A DNA stretch of 64,000 nt from an uncultured Gemmataceae bacterium (GCA_963750165.1 CAVVPN010000001.1:128001-192000), one strand, 5' to 3'. Numbered from the stretch's first letter, positions 21,226 to 32,745 are shown. Numbers and translations are program-made. Notes: generated by a model not told the origin, from the letters alone.

Positions 21226-23727
21226 TCACCGGCGCAAGCTCTCCAGCAAGCCACCCACCGCCCGCAGCGCCTGCTCCAGCACGTCCGGCGGCGGCACCGG
21301 CAGCTTGAGATACTGCTCCCCCGTCTGCTCGTCGCGCCGGACCAGCGACTGCACCAGCCCGCCCGCCGACTCCGCGCCGCCCGCGGGCTTCGGTTTGCTG
21401 GCGTCGGTCAGTTGCGTCAGCAGCGCCAGCCCCGCCTGCAACAGCCCCGTCCACGGATCGGCCGCCGGCGCCCGGCCGCAGCGCCGCGCTTCGCCGGCTT
21501 GCGACCGTCCGCCGGCCCGGCCGTCTCCCCGGCAGGCGTCCGCACCGCCTCCTCCGCGTCGTCGAGCACGCCTTCCGGGATGGCCGCCGTCGCCGCCTCG
21601 ACCGTCTCCATGAACTTGTTCAACCGGCTGCCGCCCAGGAACACGTCCTTCTCACCGCCGTCCAGCACGCCCGCGAACAGCGACTGCTTGAACTTCAGCA
21701 CGCCCAGCATGCCCTCCTCGATGGTCCCCTGCGCCACGAAATTGACCACGCGCACAGGCTGGCGCTGGCCCAGTCGGTGGACGCGACCGATGCGCTGCTC
21801 GAGCACCGCCGGGTTCCACGGCAAATCCATGTTCAGCACCACCGACGCGAACTGCAAATTCAGCCCCACGCCGCCCGCGTCCGTCGAGAGGAACACCCGG
21901 CAGTCCGGGTCATCGCGGAAGCGGTCGATCAACTCCTTACGCTTGTTGCCGGGCACGCCACCGTGGAACAGCACATGCCCCACGCCCCGCTTCTTGAGCC
22001 GGCGCACCAGCAACTCGTGCATGCGCAGCCACTGGCTGAAGACGACCACCTTGGCCCCCGGCCGCTCGCCGAGCTCTTCCAGCAGCGTCACGGCCTCGTC
22101 CGGCTTGGGGCCTTGGTCCGTCTTGTGATCGACCAGGTACGAACTGTCGCAGGCCATGCGCATCTGCTGCAGGGCCTTCATGAGCCGCTCCTTGTCCGCC
22201 TCGGTCAGAAAGCGGTAACGCCGCCACTTCTCGACGATGCGGGCGACGACCTCCAGGCCCTCGGTGTGGTACTTGCGCTGCCGCTCCGTCATGGGCACGA
22301 AGACGTTGCTGTCGATGCGCTCGGGCAACTGGTCGAGCACCTGATCCTTCTGGCGGCGCAGCAGCACCGGCTCCAGCGTCTGGCCGATGCGGTCCAGGTC
22401 ACGGTAGCCGATGACCTTGCCGTAGTCGTCGCGCACCTGGTGGTCGTGCAGCAGCCGGAAGGTCGGCCCCAGGCGGAAGCGATCCACGAACTGCACGATG
22501 GAGATCAATTCCTCCAGGCGGTTCTCCAGCGGCGTGCCGGTCAGGACGATGGCGTACGGGGCGGCGATGCGCTTGACGCTGCGGGCGACGCGCGTGCTCC
22601 AGTTCTTGATGCGCTGGGCCTCGTCGAGGATGACCAGGTCGGGACTCCAGTCCTCGATCAAATCCAGGTCCACGTGGACGGTGTCATAGTTGGTGACCTT
22701 GAAAAACGTGTCGGTGGCGAAGCCTTTCTCGCGCCGCTTGCGCAGGCCGCCGATGACCTCCACGGAGCGCGGCACAGCGCGGTCGATTTCGCGCTGCCAC
22801 TGATGCTTGAGCGAGGTCGGGCACACGATCAGCACACGACCGACGCCGAACAACCGGGCCATGATCTCCGTGGCGGCGATGGCCTGGAAGGTCTTGCCCA
22901 GGCCCATCTCGTCGCCGAGCAGGCAGCGGCCGGCGCGGGCCGCGAACAGGGCGCCCTCACGCTGGTAGTCGTACAGCGACAGCTTCACCAGGTCCTTGAA
23001 GGCGGCGCTGCGGATGCCGCGCGGGAACGCCTCGGCGACACGGCGGCGGCGCTCCTCGGCGTCGCGCACCTCGGCGACGAAGGCCAGCACGCCCTCGGCG
23101 CAGCGCAGTTCAGGGTCGAGCGGCTCTGACTCCGCCAGGAATTTTTCAAAGCGGGTAAAGGCGTCCGGCAGCAGCGCCCCGCCGGCGTCGAAGTAGTCCG
23201 CCGCCAGGCGGGCCAGCTCGGGCGTGCAGGCAGTGCCGGGCCGAAAGCGCACCTCGCGCTGCGCCGTAGTGCAGGTAGACCTCGCTGTAGGGCGGCTGGA
23301 AGCCGGCGCGCAGGACGGCGACGCCGCCGCGCTTGCGCTCCAGCGTGGCCAGCGTGAACTCGATGTGCTTGCAGGTGCCGAGCGTGTTGGTGGCAAAGTC
23401 GGGACAGGAGCAAAAGTTGTCGCCGGGTCGCGCGCCGCGGATGTGGACGCGGTAAGCGTTACGGCTGATCGGGTTGGTGACCTCGAACTCGGAGAAGATT
23501 TTCTCGGTGCCCAGGTTCTTCAGCGCGAACGGCTGCTCACGGCCGAACTGGCGGCGCAACTCGATCTGCCAGTCCTCCAGCGCCATGCCCTCGGGCTTGT
23601 GCAGCCGCGACAGTTTCGGCTTGCGCTCCTCGTCCCGTCGCTTGCCGTTGCCGGGCCCTGGTTTTTGCTGCTTCAATTTGCCTTTTTTGGTTAACGGGGC
23701 GCTGGTCTTCTTCTGCGAGTCGGGCAT
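21226..23727 (-). CDS. SWIM zinc finger-SNF2 family helicase; frameshifts near 23260 and 21480
   Basis: CSCPDFATNTLGTCKH SWIM, DEMGLGKT, DEAQ, LTGTP, STDAGGVGLNL, QRIGRVHRLGQ. Confidence 0.9.
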
Positions 23728-24086
23728 GGAGGACACTCCGGGAACCGTTGAATGCAAGCCGCCCAATCGTTGCGGCCATTGTAACCGACGATATTGCGTA
23801 ACGGCCAATCATTGAGTCATTTTCGTTCTCCACCGCACGTTACCCGCGGATTGGGGCTGCACTCCCGGCACCACCGGCACCACCGGCACACTCGGCGTCT
23901 GCGCTCCGTTGCGCCGCCCCGGCATCGGCGGCAGTGCCGGCGCGGCGGGGGCAATTCGGGCGGGCCGGGCGCTGTTCAACCCTGAACCGGAAGCCGCTGG
24001 TCGGTCGAAAAAGCGAGAAGACTGTCGCGTGCTAACCCCGGCGCGGGCTTGCCCGAGCCGAACGACCGATCATCAGTGGGGACGCT

Positions 24087-25475
24087 ATGAGGATGCAGCG
24101 CGTGAGTTGGTTGGTCCTGGGTGTCGTGCCGCTGGCCTGCCTGGGATACGTCGCCGCCCAGGAAGTGCCGAACGGCCCGCCCGTCAAGTTCACCGAGCCG
24201 CCCGTCAAGAGCAACCGGCTCGCCGCCCGCCGCACCGCCGTTGTCGAGGTTGTCGAGCGCGTCAAGGCGGCCGTCGTCAACATCCACAGCGAGCGCACCG
24301 TCGCCGGTCCCAGCGCCGAGTTCGGCACCCCCGCCCCCAGCCGCATCAACGGCATGGGCACCGGCATCATCATCGACCCGCGCGGCTACATCGTCACCAA
24401 TCATCACGTTGTCGATGACGTGAACGTGCTGCGTATCAAGCTCAGCGATGGCACGGCCACGCACGCCACCGTTGTCGCCCGCTCGCCGGAGACCGACCTG
24501 GCCCTGCTCAAGATCGACGTGGGCCGGTTGCTGCCGACCATGCCGCTCGGCTGCTCCGGCGACCTGATGCTCGGCGAACCGGTCATCGCCATCGGCAACG
24601 CCTACGGCTACGAACACACCGTTAGCTCCGGCATCATCAGTGCCATCAAGCGCGACGTGACGCTCAACAAGGAACTGTCGTACAAGCAGCTCATCCAGAC
24701 CAACGCCACGATCAACCCAGGCAACTCCGGCGGCCCGCTGCTGAACATCAATGGCGAACTGGTCGGCGTCAACGTCGCCATCCGCGCCGGCGCCCAGGGC
24801 ATCGCCTTCGCCATTCCGGTCGATCAGATGGTCGCCGTCGTCGCCGATCTGCTGAAAAGCCGCCGCCGGCACAGCACGTTCGACGGTATGACCTATCGCG
24901 ACGTGGTGCAGCCGGGGTCGGACGGTCTGGTGCGCAGCGTCATGGTGGAGCGCGTCGAGGCGGGCAGCCCGGCGGACGTGGCGGGGCTGGCGCGCGGCGA
25001 CGTGCTGGTGCAGCTGGGCGGCGTCCGCATCGACTGCGGTTACGACGTGGAGCGGGCGCTGCTCGACCGCGCCGCCGGCGACAAGGTGGTGGTGCTGGCG
25101 CGGCGGCACAACGCCGAGCAGCGCTCCGAACTGGTGCTGGCCGGGCGCGACGCCGGGCGGCCGGGCAGCACGGACCTGATCTGGCGCAAGCTGGGCGTGC
25201 GCTTCGCGACGGTCAGCGGCGAGGCCGTGACGCGGGCCAACCGCCAGCTGCACGGCGGCCTGGAGATCACCGCCCTGAGCGGCGAAGGCGCCGCCGCCCG
25301 CGCCGGGCTGAAGCGCGGCGACATCCTCGTCGGCCTGCACCAGTGGGAAACGCTGACGCCGGATAACGTCGCCTACGTGCTCGGCCATCAGGACCTGGCG
25401 ACGTTCCTGCCGCTGAGCTTCCACATCGTCCGCAGTGGTCAGGTGCGCCGCGGCTGGCTGCAGCAGCTCGACTGA
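24087..25475 (+). CDS. HtrA/DegP-like serine protease with two PDZ domains
   Basis: TNHHV, DLALLK, INPGNSGGPL catalytic triad; GLARGDV and GLKRGDI PDZ motifs. Confidence 0.92.
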   Translation: MRMQRVSWLVLGVVPLACLGYVAAQEVPNGPPVKFTEPPVKSNRLAARRTAVVEVVERVKAAVVNIHSERTVAGPSAEFGTPAPSRINGMGTGIIIDPRGYIVTNHHVVDDVNVLRIKLSDGTATHATVVARSPETDLALLKIDVGRLLPTMPLGCSGDLMLGEPVIAIGNAYGYEHTVSSGIISAIKRDVTLNKELSYKQLIQTNATINPGNSGGPLLNINGELVGVNVAIRAGAQGIAFAIPVDQMVAVVADLLKSRRRHSTFDGMTYRDVVQPGSDGLVRSVMVERVEAGSPADVAGLARGDVLVQLGGVRIDCGYDVERALLDRAAGDKVVVLARRHNAEQRSELVLAGRDAGRPGSTDLIWRKLGVRFATVSGEAVTRANRQLHGGLEITALSGEGAAARAGLKRGDILVGLHQWETLTPDNVAYVLGHQDLATFLPLSFHIVRSGQVRRGWLQQLD

Positions 25476-25672
25476 GCGGCGGCCCTTGCGGGCGCTGCGT
25501 GTTCAAGAACCAGGAAGCCGCGGGTGGGTGCGTTGTTGCAACGCGCTGGCCCGCGGTTCTCCCGTTGAGGGGCGGTGATGCTGCGGGACGCGCCGACACC
25601 GGAACCCAGATCGTGAACCACGCCAGGCAGTGCCAGGGCGCTATCCCGGCACTGCCTGGCGTGGCACAACTG

Positions 25673-26455
25673 CTACCGAGGTACCTGCCGCGGGACGGCC
25701 GGCACGGCCATTACGGGCGGTACCGGCGGTACCGGCAGCGGTACCGCCTGCGGCAGGGTAGGTTCCATGCTATACGTCGTTGCTGTCGGCACCCGCGCCG
25801 CCCTGGGGAAGCGCATCCCCCGCAGGTCACACAATTTCACCTGCAATTCCCCAAACTGAAACGTCTTGACCTTCAGCGCCGTCACGTTGAGCCGGCCCGA
25901 ATACTTCGCGTGCTCGGTGATCACGATGTCGTTCGGCCGCGGCCGCCAGCGCTCCGCCGGCACCGTCTCGCGCAACTTCTTCAGCACGTCGTGGACGCGG
26001 CGCGTCACCTCCGCCTCCTTCTGTCCGGCCGCCTTGAGCACATATGGAATCGCCTGCTCGCCGAGCGCGATCAGCTCGTCCGTGGCGGCCTGGCGACGCT
26101 TGAAGTCCTTGTGGCCCAGGTCGGCCACGGCGGCGCTGGCGCGCCTGGCCACGTCCTCCGGCGCCCGCCACGCCAGCTCGATGTGGTGGATGTCCTTGAC
26201 CGGAATGAGCAGCTTGCCGTGCGGCGTCTCCAGTTCGATGCGCTCGTCCTGCAGATACACCTTCATGAAGCTGTCGTCCACGAAGCTCACCTCCACCGGG
26301 TCGGGCGACTTCTTCTTGCCCGGTTTGCTGTCGCCGCCCTTGGGCGCGTCGCCGCCGGCCAGGGTCGCGGCCGGCGCCAGCGCGGCCAGCGTAACGACGG
26401 CCAGCGCCCGGCTGATCCAGAACATACGTCGTTGGGTAGGGACTGCGTACGACAT
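25673..26455 (-). CDS. Exported hypothetical protein with HEAT-like helical insert
   Basis: Signal peptide; DLGHKDFKRRQAATDELIALGEQA; Pro-rich tail. Confidence 0.65.
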   Translation of the reverse strand: MSYAVPTQRRMFWISRALAVVTLAALAPAATLAGGDAPKGGDSKPGKKKSPDPVEVSFVDDSFMKVYLQDERIELETPHGKLLIPVKDIHHIELAWRAPEDVARRASAAVADLGHKDFKRRQAATDELIALGEQAIPYVLKAAGQKEAEVTRRVHDVLKKLRETVPAERWRPRPNDIVITEHAKYSGRLNVTALKVKTFQFGELQVKLCDLRGMRFPRAARVPTATTYSMEPTLPQAVPLPVPPVPPVMAVPAVPRQVPR

Positions 26456-26545
26456 GATGCCTCCAAGCACGTGTGGGACTTCCTGATCCAAACAACGCCT
26501 GAGTCGGAATAGGTGGAAATATCTTCCGCAGACCCGGCGGTGGCG

Positions 26546-26785
26546 TCAATGGCAGTTCTGGCGTTGCCCTTGATGATCGGGGCCGAGAAACCCCTCGCGC
26601 GCCAGCATGTCCTCGACCAACCGCCGCAGTAACTGGCCGGTGGTCAGGCCGCGGCAGCTGGCCGCCGCGACCAACGCCGCCAGGTGCTCGCTCAGCAACC
26701 ACAGCGTGATCTCCTGCACCACACCGTCAGGGCCCAGATCGCCAGGAACTGCCAGGCGACCGTTCGAAAACGTCTTGGGAGCCAT
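26546..26785 (-). CDS. Small hypothetical protein, ribbon-helix-helix-like
   Basis: EITLWL...AALVAAASCRGLTTGQLLRRLVEDML. Confidence 0.5.
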   Translation of the reverse strand: MAPKTFSNGRLAVPGDLGPDGVVQEITLWLLSEHLAALVAAASCRGLTTGQLLRRLVEDMLAREGFLGPDHQGQRQNCH

Positions 26786-27221
26786 CGTCAACCTCGCTGC
26801 GCTTGGAAACGGGGATGCCGTCCTTGACAGCGTTCAGGTTCTCGTAATGGGGGCCGGTGTAAAACTCCAGCAGCCTCCGTAGCCCGTCCGGGTCCACGGG
26901 CTTCACCAGGTGGCAGTCGCAGCCGGCGTCGCGCGATTGCTGGAAATCGCGGTCCCGCGCGTGGCCGGTGACGGCGATCAGCAGCGCCACCGCCACGCTC
27001 CGCTGCCGGCGTAGACATCGGGCCAGATCGTGGCCGTCCATGCCCGGCATCTCCAGGTCGAGCAGCACGGCGTGCGGCAGAAATTGCTCCGCGACCTCCA
27101 GGGCCGTCAGGCCGTCGTTGGCCACCCGCACGTCGTAGCCCCACAGGCGCAGCAGTTCCTCCATTGACCACGTGGTATCGTGGCAATCGTCCACCACCAG
27201 TACTCGGCATGGTTGAAGCAT
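26727..27221 (-). CDS. Single-domain response regulator
   Basis: VLVVDD, LLDLEMPGMDG, AVTG, HLVKPVD. Confidence 0.85.
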   Translation of the reverse strand: MLQPCRVLVVDDCHDTTWSMEELLRLWGYDVRVANDGLTALEVAEQFLPHAVLLDLEMPGMDGHDLARCLRRQRSVAVALLIAVTGHARDRDFQQSRDAGCDCHLVKPVDPDGLRRLLEFYTGPHYENLNAVKDGIPVSKRSEVDDGSQDVFERSPGSSWRSGP

Positions 27222-27584
27222 GGCGATCACCTTGGGCCCGGCATGGGTCGGTGCTGGGCCGCCGGTTTGGGGAACTTCGCTGGTCAGGGGAAACAGGCGC
27301 CGGACGGTCGGCGTCAGGGTTTCGTTGCCCCTCTACCCCCGGTCGAGAGGGTTGTGAAGTGAGGAGAGCCCCCAGGGCTCGTTGAGTTCGGAGGAGTAGC
27401 CATCCGTCGGGAATGGATGCTTTCTGATAGTGTATCCGGTGGGAGAGCACCTGCAAGGCGCCCCTGGAGCAAAAAACCACTTGGCCGCCGCCGCGCACGG
27501 GAATAGGATCATCCTTAGAAACGCCTTCACTCTTAACAATGCGCTTACGTTGGTTATCTATCCAACCCTGGAAGTTGCGCCTCT

Positions 27585-30257
27585 TTGCACCCAACGGACG
27601 CACACTCCTTTCCCAGCCGCACTGGTGACGCCGTGGCCGACCCGACCCCTTCCCCAACGCCCGAGCCGCTGGCAGCCGCCGCGCCGACCGCCGGGGCGCG
27701 CGCCTCGGGCCTGCCGTTCCCGGTGGTCGGCGTCGGCGCCTCGATGGGCGGCCTGGAGGCGTTCCGCGAGCTGCTCGGCAACCTGCCGGCCGACCCGAAC
27801 CTCGCCCTCCTGTACGTGCAGCACCTCGACCCCACGCAGCCGAGCCTGCTCATCGACATCCTCCGCCGCGCCACGCCGCTGCCGGTGGTTCAGGCGCAGC
27901 AGGACATGGCCGTCGCGGTTAACCAGGTCTACGTCATCCCGCCGCACGCGGACATCGCCCTGGCCGACGGCCACATCCGCCTGCAACCGCGGCCCGCCCG
28001 CCGCGCCCCGCACATGCCCATCGACTACCTGTTCCGCTCCCTGGCCGAGGTGCAGCAGAACCGGGCCATCGGCGTCGTGCTCTCCGGCGGCGGCACCGAC
28101 GGCACCCTGGGACTGATGGCCATCAAGGCCGAGGGCGGCATCACCTTCGCCCAGGACGAGAAGAGCGCCCGCCAGGGCGCCATGCCGCGCTCCGCCATCA
28201 CCGAGGGCTGGGTCGATCACGTCCTCCCGCCCGCGGAGATCGCTGGCCGCCTCGTGCGCCTGGCCCACCACCCCTATGCCACCCTGAGCGAGCCGGTGGC
28301 GTCCCCCGGCGAGCTTGACGGCGTCACCGACCGCATCCTCGGCGTGCTCCGCCAGGCCACCGACACCGACTTCAGCCAGTACAAGCGCACCACCATCAAC
28401 CGCCGCATCCGCCGCCGCATGGCCCTGCGCGGCCTGGACGAGTTCGAGGACTACCTGCGGCTGCTGCAGGCCGACCAGGCCGAGGCCCACCACCTCTACC
28501 AGGACCTGCTCATCCGCGTCACCCGCTTCTTCCGCGACGAGGACGTGTACGACGCCCTCAAGGCCGAGGTGCTGCCGCGGCTGCTCAAGGACCGCTCCGC
28601 CAACACGCCCATCCGCGTCTGGGTGGCGGGCTGCTCCACCGGCGAGGAGGCGTACTCGCTGGCCATCGTCCTGCTCGAACACCTCGGCGACCAGGGCGCC
28701 AACCACGCCATCAAGATCCTCGCCACCGACATCAACGAGGCGGCCCTGGAGAAGGCCCGCGCCGGCGTGTACGTGGACAACATCGAGCTGGACGTGCCGC
28801 CGGAGCGGCTGCAGCGCTTCTTCGCCAAGGTCAACGGCCACTACCAGGTCGGCAAGTCGGTGCGCGACCTGTGCGTTTTCTCGCGGCACAACCTGGCCAC
28901 CGACCCGCCGTTCTCGCGGCTCGACCTGGTCAGCTGCCGCAACGTCCTGATCTACCTCGACGCGGCGCTGCAGCGGCGCATCCTGCCGGTGCTGCACTAC
29001 GCCCTGCAGCCGGGCGGCTTTTTGCTGCTCGGCTCCTCCGAGACGGTCGGGCCGTTCAGCGACTACTTCACGGCGGTGGACGCCAAGCACCGCATCTACG
29101 AGAAGAACGGCGTGCCGGTGACGATGCCGGCCGGCCTCGACTTCGGGCCGTTCGTCGAGTCGCGCGTCTTCAGCGCGCGGCCGCGGCTGGCGGCGGCCGG
29201 CTGGAGCGCCCTGGACGTGCAGAAGGAGGCCGACCGCGTCGTGCTGAACAAGTACGCGCCGGTCGGCGTGGTGGTGGACGAGAGCCTGACGGTGCTGCAG
29301 TTCCGCGGCCGCACCTCGGCGTACCTGGAGCCGGCGCCCGGCATGGCCAGCCTGGACCTGCTCAAGATGCTGCGCGAGGGGTTGATGGGCGAGGTGCGGG
29401 CGGCGCTGGCCCGGGCCAGGGCCGACGGCCAGCCGGTGCGCCGCGAAGGCATCACCCTGCGCGAGAAGGACCGGGTGCGGCTGGTGAACCTGGAGGTGCT
29501 GCCGATCCGGGTGCCGCCGGGCGGCGGCCACTGCTTCGTGGTGCTGTTCCGGGACGCGCCGCCGCCGGCCCCGCCCGCCGCCCCGGCCGACGGCGCCCCG
29601 GGGCCGACCGCCGCCGAGCAGCAGGTCGCCCAGCTGCAGCAGGAGCTGGCCTCGACGCGCGAGTACCTGCAGTCGGTCATCGAGGAGTACGAATCGACCT
29701 GCGAGGAACTGAAGTCGGCCAGCGAGGAAATCCTGTCGAGCAACGAGGAATTGCAGAGCACCAACGAGGAGCTGCAGACGGCCAAGGAGGAGACGCAGTC
29801 GGCCAACGAGGAGCTGGTGACGCTCAACGACGAGCTGAAGCACCGCAACATGGAGCTGGCCCAGGTCAACAACGACCTGATTAACCTGCTGGCGGCGGTG
29901 CAGATCCCGATCATGCTCGTCAGCCGCGAGCTGCGCATCCGCCGCATCACGCCGGTGGCGGAGAAGGTGCTGAACCTGATCCCGACCGACGTGGGCCGGC
30001 CGTTCAGCGACATCAAGACGAACCTGGACGTGCCGGACCTGGTGGAGCGCATCGCCCGGGTGATCGACACGCTGGCGCCGCACGAGAGCGAGGTGCGCGA
30101 CACCGACGGCCGCTGGTACTCGCTGCGCATCCGGCCGTATGTGACGCTGGACAATAAAATTGATGGTGCGTCGGTGATCCTGGTGGACATCGACTCGCTG
30201 CAGCGCAGCCTGGAGAAGCTGCGCAGTGCCTCGGGCGGCGGCGGGGAAGCGCGCTAA
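27585..30257 (+). CDS. CheB methylesterase-CheR methyltransferase-PAS fusion
   Basis: GASMGG/QH/SGGGTDG CheB motifs; VTRFFRD, AGCSTGEEAYS, CRNVLIY CheR motifs; SSNEELQSTNEEL coiled coil; C-terminal PAS. Confidence 0.93.
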   Translation: MHPTDAHSFPSRTGDAVADPTPSPTPEPLAAAAPTAGARASGLPFPVVGVGASMGGLEAFRELLGNLPADPNLALLYVQHLDPTQPSLLIDILRRATPLPVVQAQQDMAVAVNQVYVIPPHADIALADGHIRLQPRPARRAPHMPIDYLFRSLAEVQQNRAIGVVLSGGGTDGTLGLMAIKAEGGITFAQDEKSARQGAMPRSAITEGWVDHVLPPAEIAGRLVRLAHHPYATLSEPVASPGELDGVTDRILGVLRQATDTDFSQYKRTTINRRIRRRMALRGLDEFEDYLRLLQADQAEAHHLYQDLLIRVTRFFRDEDVYDALKAEVLPRLLKDRSANTPIRVWVAGCSTGEEAYSLAIVLLEHLGDQGANHAIKILATDINEAALEKARAGVYVDNIELDVPPERLQRFFAKVNGHYQVGKSVRDLCVFSRHNLATDPPFSRLDLVSCRNVLIYLDAALQRRILPVLHYALQPGGFLLLGSSETVGPFSDYFTAVDAKHRIYEKNGVPVTMPAGLDFGPFVESRVFSARPRLAAAGWSALDVQKEADRVVLNKYAPVGVVVDESLTVLQFRGRTSAYLEPAPGMASLDLLKMLREGLMGEVRAALARARADGQPVRREGITLREKDRVRLVNLEVLPIRVPPGGGHCFVVLFRDAPPPAPPAAPADGAPGPTAAEQQVAQLQQELASTREYLQSVIEEYESTCEELKSASEEILSSNEELQSTNEELQTAKEETQSANEELVTLNDELKHRNMELAQVNNDLINLLAAVQIPIMLVSRELRIRRITPVAEKVLNLIPTDVGRPFSDIKTNLDVPDLVERIARVIDTLAPHESEVRDTDGRWYSLRIRPYVTLDNKIDGASVILVDIDSLQRSLEKLRSASGGGGEAR

Positions 30258-30480
30258 GCCGCAAGCGGCAGACAGACGGGGTGGAGCGCGACCGTCTTCG
30301 GTGCTGCCGCTTGCGGCTAAGTGGTTCGTACCGCCATTAACTGGAGGGTTGCGAGATCGTTCGTAGGACGGCTCTCCAGAGCCGTCCCGGGGTGAGCGGG
30401 ACGGCTCTGGAGAGCCGTCCTACGGTCCCAGGCCGTCACCCCCAACCCTCCAGTTAATTGCGGTACGGACCGCTTAGCGC
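30251..30480. mobile_element. Nested element: 155-bp MITE (30320-30474, TA duplication) inside a REP arm, containing a second REP
   Basis: 32-bp TIRs AGTGGTTCGTACCGCCATTAACTGGAGGGTTG / CAACCCTCCAGTTAATTGCGGTACGGACCGCT (29/32 match), TA on both sides. Confidence 0.75.
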
Positions 30481-30613
30481 TCCGAACCCTCGGGCGGCGT
30501 GGAGGCGCTGTTGAGGGATCGGCGCGCGGCTTGCATGGGCGGAAGGGAAGCAGGCCCATCGGGACAGAGAACAGAGGACGCAATCAGCATGGGACGCGAC
30601 GGGGGGTGCCGCA

Positions 30614-32144
30614 ATGGAAACGTCGCTGAACGGACGCGGCGCAGCCACGGCCGGCCCCGGGCCGGTGATCGACGAGGCCCGGCGGCGCGAGGGTGAGCTG
30701 CTCGACCGCATCAGCCAGCTGGAAGAGGACCAGGCCGCCCTCACGGACCAGCTGCAGCGCTTCCGTGAGCTGTTCGAGTTCGCCCCGGACTGCTATCTGG
30801 TGACGGACGCCGCCGGCGTCATTTTGGAAGCCAACCTGGCGGCCGTGGGGCTGTTCGGCCGGCCGCGCGAATTCCTGATCAACAAACCGATGCCGTTCCT
30901 GCTGGCGGCGGAGGATCGCCAGCAGATCTACCGGCGGCTGGCGCAGGTGCGCTTCGGCCTCGACGCCCCGCAGACCTGGGAGCTGGGTCTGGACACCGAC
31001 CCGGACGAGCCGGTCCACCTCGTCGTCACCATGACGCCGGCCCGGGCCGAGGGGGCCGCCCGGCCCATCCTGCACTGGCTGCTGCGCAACATCACCGCCC
31101 GGAAACGCGCCGAGCAGTCGCTGGCGGTCGAGATGGCCATCGCCGACGGCCTCGTCGAGGCGGCCCAGGCGGCGGTGCTGGTGCTCGACCGCGACGGCCG
31201 CGTCACCCGCGTCAACGCCTTCCTGGAGGCGCTCTCGGGCTACCCGCGGGAGGAACTGCTGGGCCGGCACTGGGGCAGCCTGCTGGCGTTCGACCCGCCC
31301 GCGGCCGGCGCGTTCCCCGCCGGCGCGACGGTGCGGTCGCTGCGGACGCGCGACGGCCGGGTGCGCACCGTCGCCTGGTCGAGCCGGCCGCTGTCCGGCG
31401 CCGGCGCCGGCGCGGCGCTGCTGCTGGGCCACGACATCACCGACCTGGAGGAGAAGCAGCGGCAGGCGCTGCGGCTGGAGCGGCTGGCGGCGATCGGCCA
31501 GACGGCGGCGGGCCTGGCGCACGAGAGCCGCAACGCCCTGCAGCGCAGCCAGGCGAACCTGACGATGCTGCGCTGGCGCCTGGCCGGCCAGCCGGAGCTG
31601 CTGGAGCTGCTGAGGCGGGCGCAGAAGGCCCAGGACGATTTGCTGCGGCTCTACGAGGACGTGCGTGCCTTCGCCGCCCCGGTCATCACCGAGAAGCAGC
31701 ACTGCGACCTGACGGAGGTGTGGCGGGCCGCCTGGGAGGAATCGCTGACGCTGCAGCCGGGCCGCGACGCCGCGCTGGCCGAGGAGGTGGAGGGGGCGCC
31801 GGTGTGCCCGGCCGACCGCTTCCGGCTGACGCAGGTGTTCCGCAACATCTTCGACAATGCCCTGGCCGCGTGTCCCGACCCGGTGCGCGTAACGGTCAGC
31901 CTGCCGGCCGGTGGAGGCGGACGGGTCGGCGGCGCTGGGCGTGGTGGTGCGCGACAACGGCCCGGGGCTGAACGAGGAGCAGCGGCAGCGGCTGTTCGAG
32001 CCGTTCTACACGACGAAGCCGCGCGGCACCGGGCTGGGCATGGCGATCGTCAAACGCATCGTGGAGGCCCACGGCGGCCGCATCGGCGTGGGCGCGGCCC
32101 CCGGCGCGGGGGCGGAAATCCTGATCACGCTTCCCCGGAGTTAA
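30614..32144 (+). CDS. PAS-PAS histidine kinase; frameshift near 31910
   Basis: LAHESRNAL H-box, QVFRNIFDNA N-box, DNGPG and GTGLGMAI in ORF 31911..32144. Confidence 0.88.
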
Positions 32145-32146
32145 CG

Positions 32147-32743
32147 ATGAACCGCATGCTGCGCGTGGTGGTCGCGGACGACGAGCCGGAGATGCGCGAG
32201 TTCCTGCGCGGGGTGCTGGAGCGGCTGGGCCACCAGGTGGTGGCGGCAGGCACCGGCAAGCAGCTGGTGGAGCTGTGCCGGGTCGGCGAGCCGGACCTGG
32301 TGCTGACCGACATCAAGATGCCGGAGCTGGACGGCATCGAGGCGGCGCACCAGTTGAACCAGCTGCGCGAGACGCCGGTGATCTTGATCTCGGGCCACCA
32401 CGACGCCGAGTTGCTACAGCGGGCGCTGGTGGATCATGTGATGGCGTACCTGGTCAAGCCGGTGAACGAGGCGGCGGTGGAGGCGGCGGTGCCGGTGGCG
32501 ATGGCGCGGTTCGCGCAGTACAAGCTGGTGCGCAAGGAGGCGCAGGACCTGCGGCAGGCGCTGGAGGACCGCAAGGTGATCGAGCGGGCCAAGGGGGCGG
32601 TGATGCGGCGGCTGGCGCTCGACGAGCAGGAGGCGTTCCGCCGGCTGCAGCGCATGGCCAGCGACAGCAACCGCAAGCTGGTCGAGGTGGCGCAGACGGT
32701 GCTGGGGGCGGAGGAAGTGTTTAGCCAGATGAGCAAACGCTAG
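32147..32743 (+). CDS. Response regulator with ANTAR RNA-antitermination domain
   Basis: REC (ADDE, DIKMP, KP) plus LEDRKVIERAKGAVM...EQEAFRRLQRMASDSNRKLVEVAQ. Confidence 0.92.
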   Translation: MNRMLRVVVADDEPEMREFLRGVLERLGHQVVAAGTGKQLVELCRVGEPDLVLTDIKMPELDGIEAAHQLNQLRETPVILISGHHDAELLQRALVDHVMAYLVKPVNEAAVEAAVPVAMARFAQYKLVRKEAQDLRQALEDRKVIERAKGAVMRRLALDEQEAFRRLQRMASDSNRKLVEVAQTVLGAEEVFSQMSKR

Positions 32744-32745
32744 AG

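Noticed and set aside
27558..30083. Long antisense ORFs (841 aa here; also 858..2618, 5558..7726, 8664..10724, 12248..14482)
   Set aside because: Shadow ORFs of high-GC genes on the opposite strand, with no recognisable motifs.
30614..32743. 709-aa kinase-REC-ANTAR hybrid in the ORF track
   Set aside because: Artefact of the indel near 31910. The kinase G-boxes are in another frame ending at 32144, and the regulator has its own ATG at 32147.
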